DNA from: a virus
IMG/VR virus record: IMGVR_UViG_3300050821_010487
Location: 1 to 64,000 of that record
Strand: one strand, 5' to 3'
DNA length: 64,000 nucleotides
The notes beneath the pieces were generated by a model. The model worked only from the letters and a program-made list of their open reading frames with translations, was not told the origin of the DNA and did not search any database. This document shows, one piece after another, positions 18,631-27,544 of the stretch. Made by a program: the position numbers and the translations under genes. Numbering within the stretch: position 1 is the first letter of the stretch; each line of letters begins with the position of its first letter.

Positions 18631-19723
18631 ACCTCAAAGGACGGTGGTAGCAGTGGCAAACCCCAAGCTGGCCGCGTTCGCGGCCAAGATGGTGACTGAT
18701 TACGGCGCGGCGAAGGTCTCGAACGAGCCTCCCCCGGTGATCGTGCCGACAGGCATCACAAGCATGGACTGGGCGCTGGCGATCGGCGGCTGGCAGCTCG
18801 GCCGGATCTACGAGATCGTCGGGCCGAAAGACGCCGGGAAGACCCTGGTAGTCATCTACGCGCTGCGCGAGCACCGGAAGAAGTTCCCCGACCGGGGCGT
18901 GGTCTACGTCAACATCGAGAAGACCTTCTCGGGCAAGTGGGCACGGCTCCACGGACTTGACTGTTCCGACGACGCCCGCAGTGCCGGGACGTGGCTGCCG
19001 CTGCAGGCCAGCACCAGCGAGGAAGCCAGCAACATGGCCCGTGATGCCATCGGCAGCGGCCTGTACTCCTGCCTTGCGATCGACTCCGTCGGCGCTATGG
19101 AGAGCGCCAAGGTCCTGGACCTGGAAGCCGGCAAGGACACGATGGGCAAGAACGCCCAGGTGATCACCAAGCTGGTCAAGGCCCTGGCCGGCCTCGGCGC
19201 TGAGCACCAGTGCACGGTCCTGCTGGTCAACCAGCCGCGCGCCAACTTCTCGATGTTCGGCGGCGACATCTCGGCCGGCCCGAAGGCGCTGACACACTCG
19301 ACCACGGCCCAGATCAAGATGAGCAGCCTGAGCGGCGTGAAAGACGTCAGGAAGCTGCGGCTGCTCGGCGACGACGCGGCAGAACTCACGACCATCGGCG
19401 CCCGGTCGGTCGCGCGGGTGCCGAGGATGAAGAACGGCACCCCCGGCCGTAAGGCCGACTGGTTCATCATGAAGCAGGCTTCGGCTGAGTTCGGGCCGGC
19501 GGGGGTGGACCTCGCCGACGACGCCCTGTCTCTCGGCATCAGGCTCCAGGTGATCGAGCGGTCCGGCAACAGCCACTACATCCTGCCTGGCGGCAAGAAG
19601 TTCAACGGCCGCGATGCCGTCGGCGCCTACCTCCGTAAGAACCCTGAGGCCATGGCGGAGATCCGCGCCGCGATCCCCTTCGAAGACCCGATCCTCGATC
19701 CGACGGAAGAGGCGACTGCCTGA
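18623..19723 (+). CDS. recA: RecA/UvsX-like recombinase (true start may be a few codons downstream)
   Basis: PTG..SMDWALAIGG...GRIYEIVGPKDAGKT, AIDSV, LVNQ.R, G.KAL. Confidence 0.93.
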   Translation: MDEPQRTVVAVANPKLAAFAAKMVTDYGAAKVSNEPPPVIVPTGITSMDWALAIGGWQLGRIYEIVGPKDAGKTLVVIYALREHRKKFPDRGVVYVNIEKTFSGKWARLHGLDCSDDARSAGTWLPLQASTSEEASNMARDAIGSGLYSCLAIDSVGAMESAKVLDLEAGKDTMGKNAQVITKLVKALAGLGAEHQCTVLLVNQPRANFSMFGGDISAGPKALTHSTTAQIKMSSLSGVKDVRKLRLLGDDAAELTTIGARSVARVPRMKNGTPGRKADWFIMKQASAEFGPAGVDLADDALSLGIRLQVIERSGNSHYILPGGKKFNGRDAVGAYLRKNPEAMAEIRAAIPFEDPILDPTEEATA

Positions 19724-20595
19724 TGCCACCCACTCCGACCACCGCCGAGATGGGCGAGCGCCACGTGCGCCACGTCGCTGAGGTCCTGGGCGCTCACACG
19801 ACCAAGGCCAGCGGCGCCACGGCCACCGACAAGGCTGACGGAGCCCACCACCACGACCTGCCATTCGCCTTCCGGTTCGACGGCAAGTCCACCAAGGGCC
19901 AGCAGATCGCCGTCACCCTGGCCATGGTCGAAAAGATCTGCGAGCAGGCTGGCGGCGAGCGCCCGGCCCTGCCGCTGCGCTGGTACGGCAACGGGATGCT
20001 GACCCAGGTCCTGGCCGACTGGATCGCGGTGCAGCTCGTGGACTTCGCCGAGGTTTTGGCTTCGGCCCGCGCCTGGGCGGAGGTAGTACGCCGGCTGAAC
20101 GATCCCCTCGCCGACCCGGGTGACGTTGCCGAGCGGGCCATGTCCGTACGGGACAAAGATGCTGCCCTGCAGCGCATAGCGGAATCTAACGAGAGCCAGG
20201 GCGACATCATCGGGGCGCTGGCGGAGGAGAATGATCAGCTCCGGGAGCGCCTGGAGGCAGCGAACGCCTGGAAGGTGACCCAGGCGCAGATCCAGCCTGA
20301 CCCCCGCGTCCTGGGCGGGCCCGCCATCCCCGGCTATATCCCGGTACTGCCCTGGACCGTTATCCACCAGGTTCATACCGCTGGCACCGTCAAGAACGGC
20401 GGGGTTCATTACGACGAGCGCGGCTACCAGAGCACGTTCAGTGCCGGCGAGGTCCGGGTGGAGCGGTCACCGGGCAGCACGAACCGGCCGAGGCTGATGG
20501 TCAACAACGTCAGGGTGCCCAAGGGGGCCATGTACGTGGACGGGGTGCTGCGCGTCCTGGTCTGCGACAGCAACCGGGAGATCGAGGTCGGCTGA
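19723..20595 (+). CDS. PD-(D/E)XK Holliday-junction-resolvase-like domain with coiled-coil extension
   Basis: E..VA..LG....ASGA....KADG.......FDGKST pattern. Confidence 0.6.
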   Translation: MPPTPTTAEMGERHVRHVAEVLGAHTTKASGATATDKADGAHHHDLPFAFRFDGKSTKGQQIAVTLAMVEKICEQAGGERPALPLRWYGNGMLTQVLADWIAVQLVDFAEVLASARAWAEVVRRLNDPLADPGDVAERAMSVRDKDAALQRIAESNESQGDIIGALAEENDQLRERLEAANAWKVTQAQIQPDPRVLGGPAIPGYIPVLPWTVIHQVHTAGTVKNGGVHYDERGYQSTFSAGEVRVERSPGSTNRPRLMVNNVRVPKGAMYVDGVLRVLVCDSNREIEVG

Positions 20596-20597
20596 CC

Positions 20598-21359
20598 ATG
20601 CCCACGTTCTCCGACACCAGCCACTGGGCGGCCGACGGCTGCCTGATCAAGCCCCTGTTCTTCCGGTTCTTCAACGACCCCGACGTGCCGTTCGAGTTCA
20701 ACTTGCGGGTGTCGCGGCCGGTGCGGCGCAAGCCCGACGGGTGGTTCCACGCCAGCACCCACCCGCTGGCCGACGAGCAGCAGCTCTGCCTCTACATGTC
20801 CGACCCGGAGAAGTACGCCCGCGAGCCCCTGGACTACATCGGGGCGATGTCGGTGATGTTCGGGTCCCTCGGGCATGCGGTGATCGAGGCGTTCCTGGAC
20901 AAGATCGGCGTGGCTGTGCCGCTGCCCGAGGGCCCGTGCCCGGCCTGTGGCCGCCCCCGGAGGCCGCTGCGGGCCCATCCGGACCCGGGCAAGTACTGCA
21001 CCGAGCACGGCGCGGCCGACCTGGCGACGCGCTCCCGCTGCCACCTGGACTCGATCGTTGACTTCAGGCAGGCCGGGGTGTTCGGCTTCGATTTCAAGTC
21101 GATCAACCAGTTCGGGCTGAGCAAGGTCCCCGACATGGACGAGCTGGCGTTCCGGGCGAAGTGGCCCGGCTACTGGGCGCAGATGCAGGAGTGCATGCGG
21201 CTGACCGGGCTGCGCCGCTACATCGTCTTCTTCCTGACCATGGGCCTGCCGTGGGAGACCAGGGAGTTTCACTTCGACTACGACCCGGCGTTCGCCGCGC
21301 AGACCGAGGCCAAGTACAGGCGGGTCATCCAGCGGGCCGGCCTGGAGGTGCCGGCATGA
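20598..21359 (+). CDS. Cas4/RecB-like PD-(D/E)XK exonuclease
   Basis: FHAS.HP, G...H, HLDSIV...FDFKS, Y.AQMQ..M. Confidence 0.75.
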   Translation: MPTFSDTSHWAADGCLIKPLFFRFFNDPDVPFEFNLRVSRPVRRKPDGWFHASTHPLADEQQLCLYMSDPEKYAREPLDYIGAMSVMFGSLGHAVIEAFLDKIGVAVPLPEGPCPACGRPRRPLRAHPDPGKYCTEHGAADLATRSRCHLDSIVDFRQAGVFGFDFKSINQFGLSKVPDMDELAFRAKWPGYWAQMQECMRLTGLRRYIVFFLTMGLPWETREFHFDYDPAFAAQTEAKYRRVIQRAGLEVPA

Positions 21360-21988
21360 CCATCGCCCCCGGGGAGCTGCGCGGCCGTCTCCGCGAGCGC
21401 AGGAAGCCTGCCCCGCCGCCGTGGAAGCCGCCGCCGCTGCTGGCGTTCCGCGGCTTCCTGCGGCTCCTGGCGTGGGATGCCACCTTGTCCCATTGCGGGT
21501 ACGTGCTGCTGGAGCGCACCCACCACCTGGTGGTGATCCACGACCGTGGCACCATCCACCCGAAAACTGACCTGACCGGCTACCTGTCCACGTGGGAGAA
21601 GGGCCGGCTGCTGCAGGCCGAGATCCGCGGCGTCCAGGCTGACCACAAGGGCGTGACCCAGGTGGTCGAGAGCCCGTCCGTGGCTGGCAGCCGCCTGGAG
21701 TCGTCACTGGTCGCCGGGCTGCTGGTCTGGCTGGAAACCGTGGGCCCTGCCGGGACGGGCTGCGCCCAGGTCTCCGCCACCCACGTTTCGTCGGTGCTGC
21801 TCGGCAACCCCCGGATCAAGAGCGCCGAGCGGAAGAAGATGATCAAAGAGGCCGTGGCCCGGTACGTCCCCGGGAGCGAGGCCAGGCCCTGGAACGAGCA
21901 CGAGCGTGACGCGCTCGCTGTCGGCCTCACCCATCTGTACGACCTGAACCAGCGGCTGGGCACCTTCACGATGCCCAGCTTCACCTGA
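21356..21988 (+). CDS. RuvC-like resolvase
   Basis: LLAWDATLSHCGY, VVESP and ERDALAVG acidic motifs; ATGA coupling. Confidence 0.75.
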   Translation: MTIAPGELRGRLRERRKPAPPPWKPPPLLAFRGFLRLLAWDATLSHCGYVLLERTHHLVVIHDRGTIHPKTDLTGYLSTWEKGRLLQAEIRGVQADHKGVTQVVESPSVAGSRLESSLVAGLLVWLETVGPAGTGCAQVSATHVSSVLLGNPRIKSAERKKMIKEAVARYVPGSEARPWNEHERDALAVGLTHLYDLNQRLGTFTMPSFT

Positions 21989-21998
21989 GGAGATCCCC

Positions 21999-22691
21999 AT
22001 GAGCGACGCAAGAGATCAGGCGGACCGGGTACTGGCGGCGATCGACCGGCCGGAAGACCCGGCCGGCGAGAGCCCGATGGACCCGGCGATCCCCCCGGAC
22101 CGCACCCGGCAGTTCAACGGCACCCAGCTATCCCGGATGAAGCGGAGCTGGGCCGGCGACGAGGCCATCGCGATGGGCGACATCAACTACGCCGCGGAGC
22201 AGGCCATCGAGGGCCTGTTCGGCCGCGCGATCCGGCTGATCGACCGGCTCCGGTCCATCGCCCAGACCCCCATCGAGATCAACGGCGAGATCCAGTACCA
22301 CCTGAACGGGAAGCCGAAGGTCCGGGTGGACGAGTACGGCGACCCGATCGAGGACTGGTCCCGGCTGGGTCCCGAGCAGGCGAAGAACTTCCTCTTCGTC
22401 ATCAACACCAGCCTGTTCGAGTGGGAAGCCGTCAAGGTGCGGCTGTGGGGCGAGGCGATGTTCGCCAAGGGCCTGTGGGAGCAGGCATTCTCGTACGGTT
22501 TCCGCGTAAGGGGCGGAGAAGCCATTTCAGGCAAGCCCACCATTGATGACAAGACCCAGATGGGTCATCTCAATTCCGCCCAAGACCGGTTCTTCGGTAT
22601 CTTCTGCGCAGTCCTCAGCCGGAGGGCAGACGTCCTGGTCATGCGCCTGGACCGCATCCAGTGGATGCTGGAGAAGACCCTGGATAGCTGA
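21999..22691 (+). CDS. Hypothetical phage protein
   Basis: RBS GAGGAG; typical codon usage. Confidence 0.75.
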   Translation: MSDARDQADRVLAAIDRPEDPAGESPMDPAIPPDRTRQFNGTQLSRMKRSWAGDEAIAMGDINYAAEQAIEGLFGRAIRLIDRLRSIAQTPIEINGEIQYHLNGKPKVRVDEYGDPIEDWSRLGPEQAKNFLFVINTSLFEWEAVKVRLWGEAMFAKGLWEQAFSYGFRVRGGEAISGKPTIDDKTQMGHLNSAQDRFFGIFCAVLSRRADVLVMRLDRIQWMLEKTLDS

Positions 22692-22703
22692 AACAGCTTT
22701 CCT

Positions 22704-22739
22704 TGACACGCCCGGGGAAGTGATTCCGCGGGCGTGTCA
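22704..22739. terminator. Strong inverted repeat (terminator or operator) after the replication operon
   Basis: TGACACGCCCG..GGA / TCC..CGGGCGTGTCA; overlaps a partial box ACAGCTTTCCTTG at 22693-22705. Confidence 0.55.
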
Positions 22740-22824
22740 GGCATTCCCTCCCTTCCATGCTTTACAATCCCGCCAGGACACTGGATGCCCTGGAGTTTTT
22801 TGGGGTGGAGCTGGGAGGTGCGCA

Positions 22825-23244
22825 GTAGACCACCGCGTGCTGAGAGAACTATTCCGGCATCTCCAGGCATTTGAGGCCCTATTCGAAACTGAGGGCAAAG
22901 ATGCCATAACTGGACCGGACGGGACGACCTACTCACTCCACGATCTGCGCCGCCTCTACGACATGAGGCACCGGGTGCTCCCCCCGCAGCGGGCCAGGGC
23001 CATCGAGTTCTTCCTCTACCGCGACATGCGTGAGCAGGACGCGGCGGTCGCGATGGGCCTGTCCGTGGCAACCCCGGTTGCCATCTACGCCACCCAGGGG
23101 CTCAGGCAGCTAGCGGACGAGTGGAACGCGACGTGCCAGGACGAGGAGGGCCGCGGGGATGACAGCCAGCACGATGAGGCTGCGGCACGGCGTCTGCCGG
23201 GAGCTGGAGTCGCAGGCAGACGAGCTGATACGGCAGTCGCTTAA
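22825..23244 (+). CDS. Sigma-70 region-4-like HTH protein (start uncertain)
   Basis: LPPQRARAIEFFLY.DM.EQDAAVAMGLS...V...A..GLRQL pattern. Confidence 0.6.
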   Translation, partial: VDHRVLRELFRHLQAFEALFETEGKDAITGPDGTTYSLHDLRRLYDMRHRVLPPQRARAIEFFLYRDMREQDAAVAMGLSVATPVAIYATQGLRQLADEWNATCQDEEGRGDDSQHDEAAARRLPGAGVAGRRADTAVA

Positions 23245-23491
23245 AGGGGTCACCAGCCGCGAGGCGAAGTCGGACATCCTCACCGAGTGGAAGCAGCAGG
23301 ACCGGCTCGACCACGAGGTCTACACGGCCGCGGGCGTCGCCGACCCGGCTGTCCGCCAGGGCATGTTCACCAGGGCGTGGAACTCGAAGTACCCGCACCT
23401 GAACAGCCGCGACGGCCACTACCCGGTGCGGCGGGCGCAGGACGGCCTGGACACCCATACCGGCGACGAGATCCACGACCTTGGCGAGTAA
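23159..23491 (+). CDS. Hypothetical protein
   Basis: ORF with typical codon usage within the operon. Confidence 0.6.
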   Translation: MTASTMRLRHGVCRELESQADELIRQSLKGVTSREAKSDILTEWKQQDRLDHEVYTAAGVADPAVRQGMFTRAWNSKYPHLNSRDGHYPVRRAQDGLDTHTGDEIHDLGE

Positions 23492-24089
23492 ACAGCTCAC
23501 CCGCCGCGTCGTCATCGGCGGCCAGAGCTACGACAAGCCCTGGGACCCTTCCTGCGGCGCCTGCCGGTCGCCGTGGCTGCAGCAGATCGACGTGATGCTG
23601 GCCGAGGGCTACGCGCTGCTGCAGATCCGCAAGCACCTGTCCGGGCTCAAGCCGGCCTGCCCGAACGCCGAGATCCTCCGCGCCCACATCCCGCACCTGG
23701 CCGGCCCGCACCGCAAGGCCCGGATGGCGTTCGAGGCCGAGGCAGAGGCCCGGGGCGACAACACCGACTCGGCGGGGGCGCAACTGACCGATGCGCTCCA
23801 GGCGATAGTCCGGGCGGGCAGCGAGCGGCTGGCGCTCGGCGACCTGGACATCCAGGCGAAGGACTCCCTCAAGGCCATCCAGCTTCTGCTGCAGCTACAG
23901 CGCTCCCAGGCTGCGGAAGGGGTGGAGGCGTCTGCGTGGCAGGCGGCCTTCATGGAGTTCTTCGAGATCGTCCGCAAGCACCTGACCCCGTCCCAGTGGA
24001 GGGCGTTCGTGACTGACGTCTATGACTCCCCGGCGATCCGGGCGGTGCTCACCGGGCAGTCCCCAGCGATCCCCGGAGGGGCACCGTGA
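23481..24089 (+). CDS. Hypothetical protein with CxxC/HTH-like N-terminus (terminase small subunit candidate)
   Basis: CGAC.SP, helical body, located upstream of terL; function inferred. Confidence 0.55.
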   Translation: MASKQLTRRVVIGGQSYDKPWDPSCGACRSPWLQQIDVMLAEGYALLQIRKHLSGLKPACPNAEILRAHIPHLAGPHRKARMAFEAEAEARGDNTDSAGAQLTDALQAIVRAGSERLALGDLDIQAKDSLKAIQLLLQLQRSQAAEGVEASAWQAAFMEFFEIVRKHLTPSQWRAFVTDVYDSPAIRAVLTGQSPAIPGGAP

Positions 24090-24487
24090 CCACTGACATC
24101 CTGAACGTCCTCGACAGCGAGGTCCTGGCGATCGAGCGTGTGCACCTGGCGCTGCAGGACCGCGCCCGGGGCCGGAAGCTGAACTACGGCAACTTCGAGC
24201 GCGAGGCCACGGAGCGGTTCGCGGAGATCGGGTTCACGATCGCGGTCAACTGGTACCGGTTCTCGGTGGACGGCGCCGAGCAGAAGGACGCCGCGATGCC
24301 GGAGATCACGATCAACGGCCGCACCGAGGCGAAAGCCTGGGACCCCGACCGGCAGGTCCACGAGGCCGTCCACAACATCCTGGAGCTGCCCGGCCAGGAG
24401 GGCTGGATCAAGACCGACCCGGATACCCTCAAGCGGTTCCTCGGCGACCAGGGAGGGCATGGACATGGCCACAAGCACCAGCACTGA
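24086..24487 (+). CDS. Hypothetical protein with His-rich tail
   Basis: GTGA coupling; RBS GGAGGGG. Confidence 0.7.
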   Translation: MTTDILNVLDSEVLAIERVHLALQDRARGRKLNYGNFEREATERFAEIGFTIAVNWYRFSVDGAEQKDAAMPEITINGRTEAKAWDPDRQVHEAVHNILELPGQEGWIKTDPDTLKRFLGDQGGHGHGHKHQH

Positions 24488-24740
24488 CCGGGGTGTCCCT
24501 GAGCCGCCCCGGCTGGCGGCGGCGGCTCATGCGATCCATGCGATCTGGCAGCCACCAGCGGGCGACGGTGACGCCGTGGACGCTTACACGCTTGCGCGGG
24601 CCGCTCTTTCAGCTCAGCCCGACGGCCCCCTCGTCCAGGTCCTCGCTGAGGTCCGCGACGAGCTGCGCGCCCTGCGCGAGCTGATCCACGACGCCGTGGT
24701 GGGCGAGCTGGTGGACACTTCAGGCCCAGAAGGTATGTGA
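24459..24740 (+). CDS. Hypothetical protein
   Basis: RBS GGGAGGG; coupled to the next gene. Confidence 0.55.
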   Translation: MDMATSTSTDRGVPEPPRLAAAAHAIHAIWQPPAGDGDAVDAYTLARAALSAQPDGPLVQVLAEVRDELRALRELIHDAVVGELVDTSGPEGM

Positions 24741-25066
24741 CCACCTGGCCAGCTCGCCGCGTAGCGGACATGGACGCACTGGAGCGGCCCGGGGATTACT
24801 GCGGCCCGTTCCCCATCATCTACGGCCCGGGTGACGAGCGAAAGGTCGTGTGGTTCCTGCTGCCCCTGCACGAAGGTGCCGGCAGGTTCGACCGGCCCAC
24901 CCCGGGAAGCGGACTGCACGGCGTCTACGAGCCGCCGTGGACGTTCCGGGAGTGTGGGGGCGGCTCCCTGGAGATCCGGGCGTCGATCGCCTGCGGGCGC
25001 GGCTCCCCGGACGGCGAGTACTTCCATGGCTACCTCGATGAGGGCAACATCTGGCGGTCGGCCTGA
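24737..25066 (+). CDS. Hypothetical protein
   Basis: GTGA and TGATG coupling on either side. Confidence 0.6.
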   Translation: MTTWPARRVADMDALERPGDYCGPFPIIYGPGDERKVVWFLLPLHEGAGRFDRPTPGSGLHGVYEPPWTFRECGGGSLEIRASIACGRGSPDGEYFHGYLDEGNIWRSA

Positions 25067-27192
25067 TGGCGATCAGCCGCTGGCAGGCGCCGGATACCCA
25101 GGCGGCCGGGCCGCTGGACGTCCTGTCGTGGTTCGATGGGCCCCCGGTGCCGGACCCGGTCACTTTCGTCATCGGTGAGGAGTGGCTGGGGAAGCCGAAC
25201 CTGTATCCCCGCCAGGTGACGCTGCTGAAGCTCATCTTCCTGCGCGACGACCTGTTCACCGACTACGACCGGGCGGTCATTGACGAGTGGTGCCAGCGGT
25301 TCGCCGACACCAACCCTGACGCCGAGGACAACAAGTTCTCCGCCCGGACCAAGGGCCTCCAGCCGGACATCTACGAGCGGATCGCCTACCTGAAGCGGCG
25401 CGGCTACAAGTGGTTCCCCGAGGTGATCCTTGCGATCGGCCGGCGCGGCTCGAAGGGGTACCTGTCGGCGCTGTGCATGGCGTACGTGCTGTGGAACTAC
25501 ATCGCCAAGGGCAACCCGCAGGAGTTCTACGGCATCGACCAGGAGAAGCCGCTGGCGGTCGCGATCTTCGCCGGCAAGAAGGAGCAGGCGAAGGAGAACC
25601 TGTGGGGTGACCTGTACTCGGTGCTGACCACCGCGCCGTGCTACACGTCCTACATCTCCGAGCCGCAGGCCGAGAGCCTGACGATCTACGCGCCGTACGA
25701 CTTCGTCCGGATGCACAAGATGGCCCAGCGGGGCATCTCCACGACCAAGGACGCGGCCAGCTTCCGGGTGGTTCCCCGGGAGTCCACGCCGCTGGCCCCC
25801 CGTGGCCCGGCCGGGTGCATCCTCGGCTTTGACGAGGCCGCGCACGTGAAAAACGCCGGCGTCACCCGGGAGTTCGGCATCGTCTACGGCGCGGCTAAGC
25901 CGTCCCTCGACCAGTTCGGCACCGACGGCTTCATCGTGCTGCCGTCCTCCACCTGGGAGATGATCGGCAAGTTCTACGAGCTGTGGAACCTGTCGCTGCA
26001 GCGCGAGCCGGGCCCCGAGCCCGGCGAGTACTTCCCGGCCTACCCCACCAAGTTCATGGTCCAGCTCGAATCGTGGGCGCCGTACGAGGACTGGGAGCGG
26101 GCCCCGCTGATCCCGCTGTTCCCGGCCGGTTACCGCGGCGACCTTGGCGAGTACGAGCCGGACGCGCTGCCGACCCTCCAGCCGCTCAAGGGCGCTATCC
26201 AGGCCTACGACGAGGAGATGGCGAGGGAGGAGAAGGCCAACCCCGACACATTTGCCGTAGAGAGAAGATCAGACTGGGCTACGGCGATGGACGCCTACCT
26301 GAACACCGCCAAGATCGATGCGATGTTCTCCCCATGGGAGGGGCGGCTGCCGGACTACGGCCGGCCCGAGCTGATGATGCAGGTGTCCGGCCCGATGTCG
26401 ATCGACTACTCCGCGCACGGCGACCCGGCCTCGGTCAACTGCCGCTTCGGTTTCGCGGTCGCGCACACCGAGCCGGGCCGCGACGGCCTGGACCACGCGG
26501 TGTTCGACCTGATCCACTTCTGGGACCCGGCCGACTTCGAGGGCCACATCATCGACTACGACGAGGTCATCGGGTGGATCTACGACAACGTCGTGATGCG
26601 GTTCATGCCGGGGGAGCTGACCTTCGACCAGTTCAACTCGGTCGCCTCGGTCCAGGCGCTGCAGAAGAAGGTCCGCGCATCCCGGCTGCCGAAGAACGTC
26701 CTGGTGTACGAGCGGACCGCGACGGCGCCGCTGAACTGGTCCACCTGGGAGACGTTCAAGGCGGCGCTCAACATGGGGTTCGTGCACGCGCCGCTGCACG
26801 GCGAGGCCAAGGACGAGCTGAAGTTCGTGCAGAAGCCCGAGGGGGTCCAGAAGGTGGTCCCGGCCGACTCCGGGCCGGTGCAAACGAAGGACATTGCCGA
26901 CTGCATCGCGATCGTGTCGGCGCGGCTGCTCGGCGAGCAGATGAAGGCCTACCTGGCCAAGGACCTGAAGAACCAGCGGCCTCACGTGGCGATGCAGGGC
27001 TACGACGCGATGGACCGGTTCTCCCCCGATGCCGGCAACCCGTATTCGGCGGCCCTGGGCGGTCTCGGCGGCCGTGGTGCGCTGTCGCGGGGGATGCGCC
27101 CGGGGATGCCGGGGGCGGCCGGGAGGATGGGCAGAGTCCCGGCTGGCCGGCTGGGCAACGGGCCCGCGGGGATGCGCCGGCATAGATCCTGA
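25066..27192 (+). CDS. terL: Terminase large subunit
   Basis: LYPRQ, Walker A AIGRRGSKG, Walker B LGFDEAAH, RNase H-like motifs AHGDPA, TFDQFNS and KDIADC. Confidence 0.9.
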   Translation: MAISRWQAPDTQAAGPLDVLSWFDGPPVPDPVTFVIGEEWLGKPNLYPRQVTLLKLIFLRDDLFTDYDRAVIDEWCQRFADTNPDAEDNKFSARTKGLQPDIYERIAYLKRRGYKWFPEVILAIGRRGSKGYLSALCMAYVLWNYIAKGNPQEFYGIDQEKPLAVAIFAGKKEQAKENLWGDLYSVLTTAPCYTSYISEPQAESLTIYAPYDFVRMHKMAQRGISTTKDAASFRVVPRESTPLAPRGPAGCILGFDEAAHVKNAGVTREFGIVYGAAKPSLDQFGTDGFIVLPSSTWEMIGKFYELWNLSLQREPGPEPGEYFPAYPTKFMVQLESWAPYEDWERAPLIPLFPAGYRGDLGEYEPDALPTLQPLKGAIQAYDEEMAREEKANPDTFAVERRSDWATAMDAYLNTAKIDAMFSPWEGRLPDYGRPELMMQVSGPMSIDYSAHGDPASVNCRFGFAVAHTEPGRDGLDHAVFDLIHFWDPADFEGHIIDYDEVIGWIYDNVVMRFMPGELTFDQFNSVASVQALQKKVRASRLPKNVLVYERTATAPLNWSTWETFKAALNMGFVHAPLHGEAKDELKFVQKPEGVQKVVPADSGPVQTKDIADCIAIVSARLLGEQMKAYLAKDLKNQRPHVAMQGYDAMDRFSPDAGNPYSAALGGLGGRGALSRGMRPGMPGAAGRMGRVPAGRLGNGPAGMRRHRS

Positions 27193-27259
27193 CTGCGATC
27201 GGTTGTCATGATCGGCTTACCATGGCAAGGAATGTGAACCTCCACGAACCGGGAGAATC

Positions 27260-27478
27260 ATGGCAACGACCGGTGGCACCGAGACGGCCAGCAAGATCGG
27301 CGGCCGGCCCACCGCGGCGGTGAGGTCGGGCTGCGGCGGGTGCGGGCACCCCCACGCCCTGCACAGCAACGGCAGAACCGCCTGCAAGGCCTGGGCTTGC
27401 AGGACTGGCCCCAACGGCAAGCCTTGCCAGGGCTTCGAGCCTGCCAGGGTGCATCAGGCGGCGTTAGTTACGGTCTGA
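27260..27478 (+). CDS. Small Cys/His-rich protein
   Basis: RBS GGGAGA; CGGCGH.H.LH...C...C...C..F. Confidence 0.6.
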   Translation: MATTGGTETASKIGGRPTAAVRSGCGGCGHPHALHSNGRTACKAWACRTGPNGKPCQGFEPARVHQAALVTV

Positions 27479-27544
27479 CGCCGGGGGAGAGAGGCCGCTC
27501 CCCTGGCTTCGTGCTGCCCCCAGAAGGTCCAGGAGGGCACCCCC

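Noticed and set aside
20598-21359. Cas4-like nuclease as evidence of CRISPR-Cas
   Set aside because: It is a solo PD-(D/E)XK nuclease in a recombination operon, which is common in phages.
15032-27192. Inteins or introns in DnaE, RecA or terminase
   Set aside because: Lengths are ordinary, and no C...HN-[C/S/T] splice motifs or LAGLIDADG blocks were seen.
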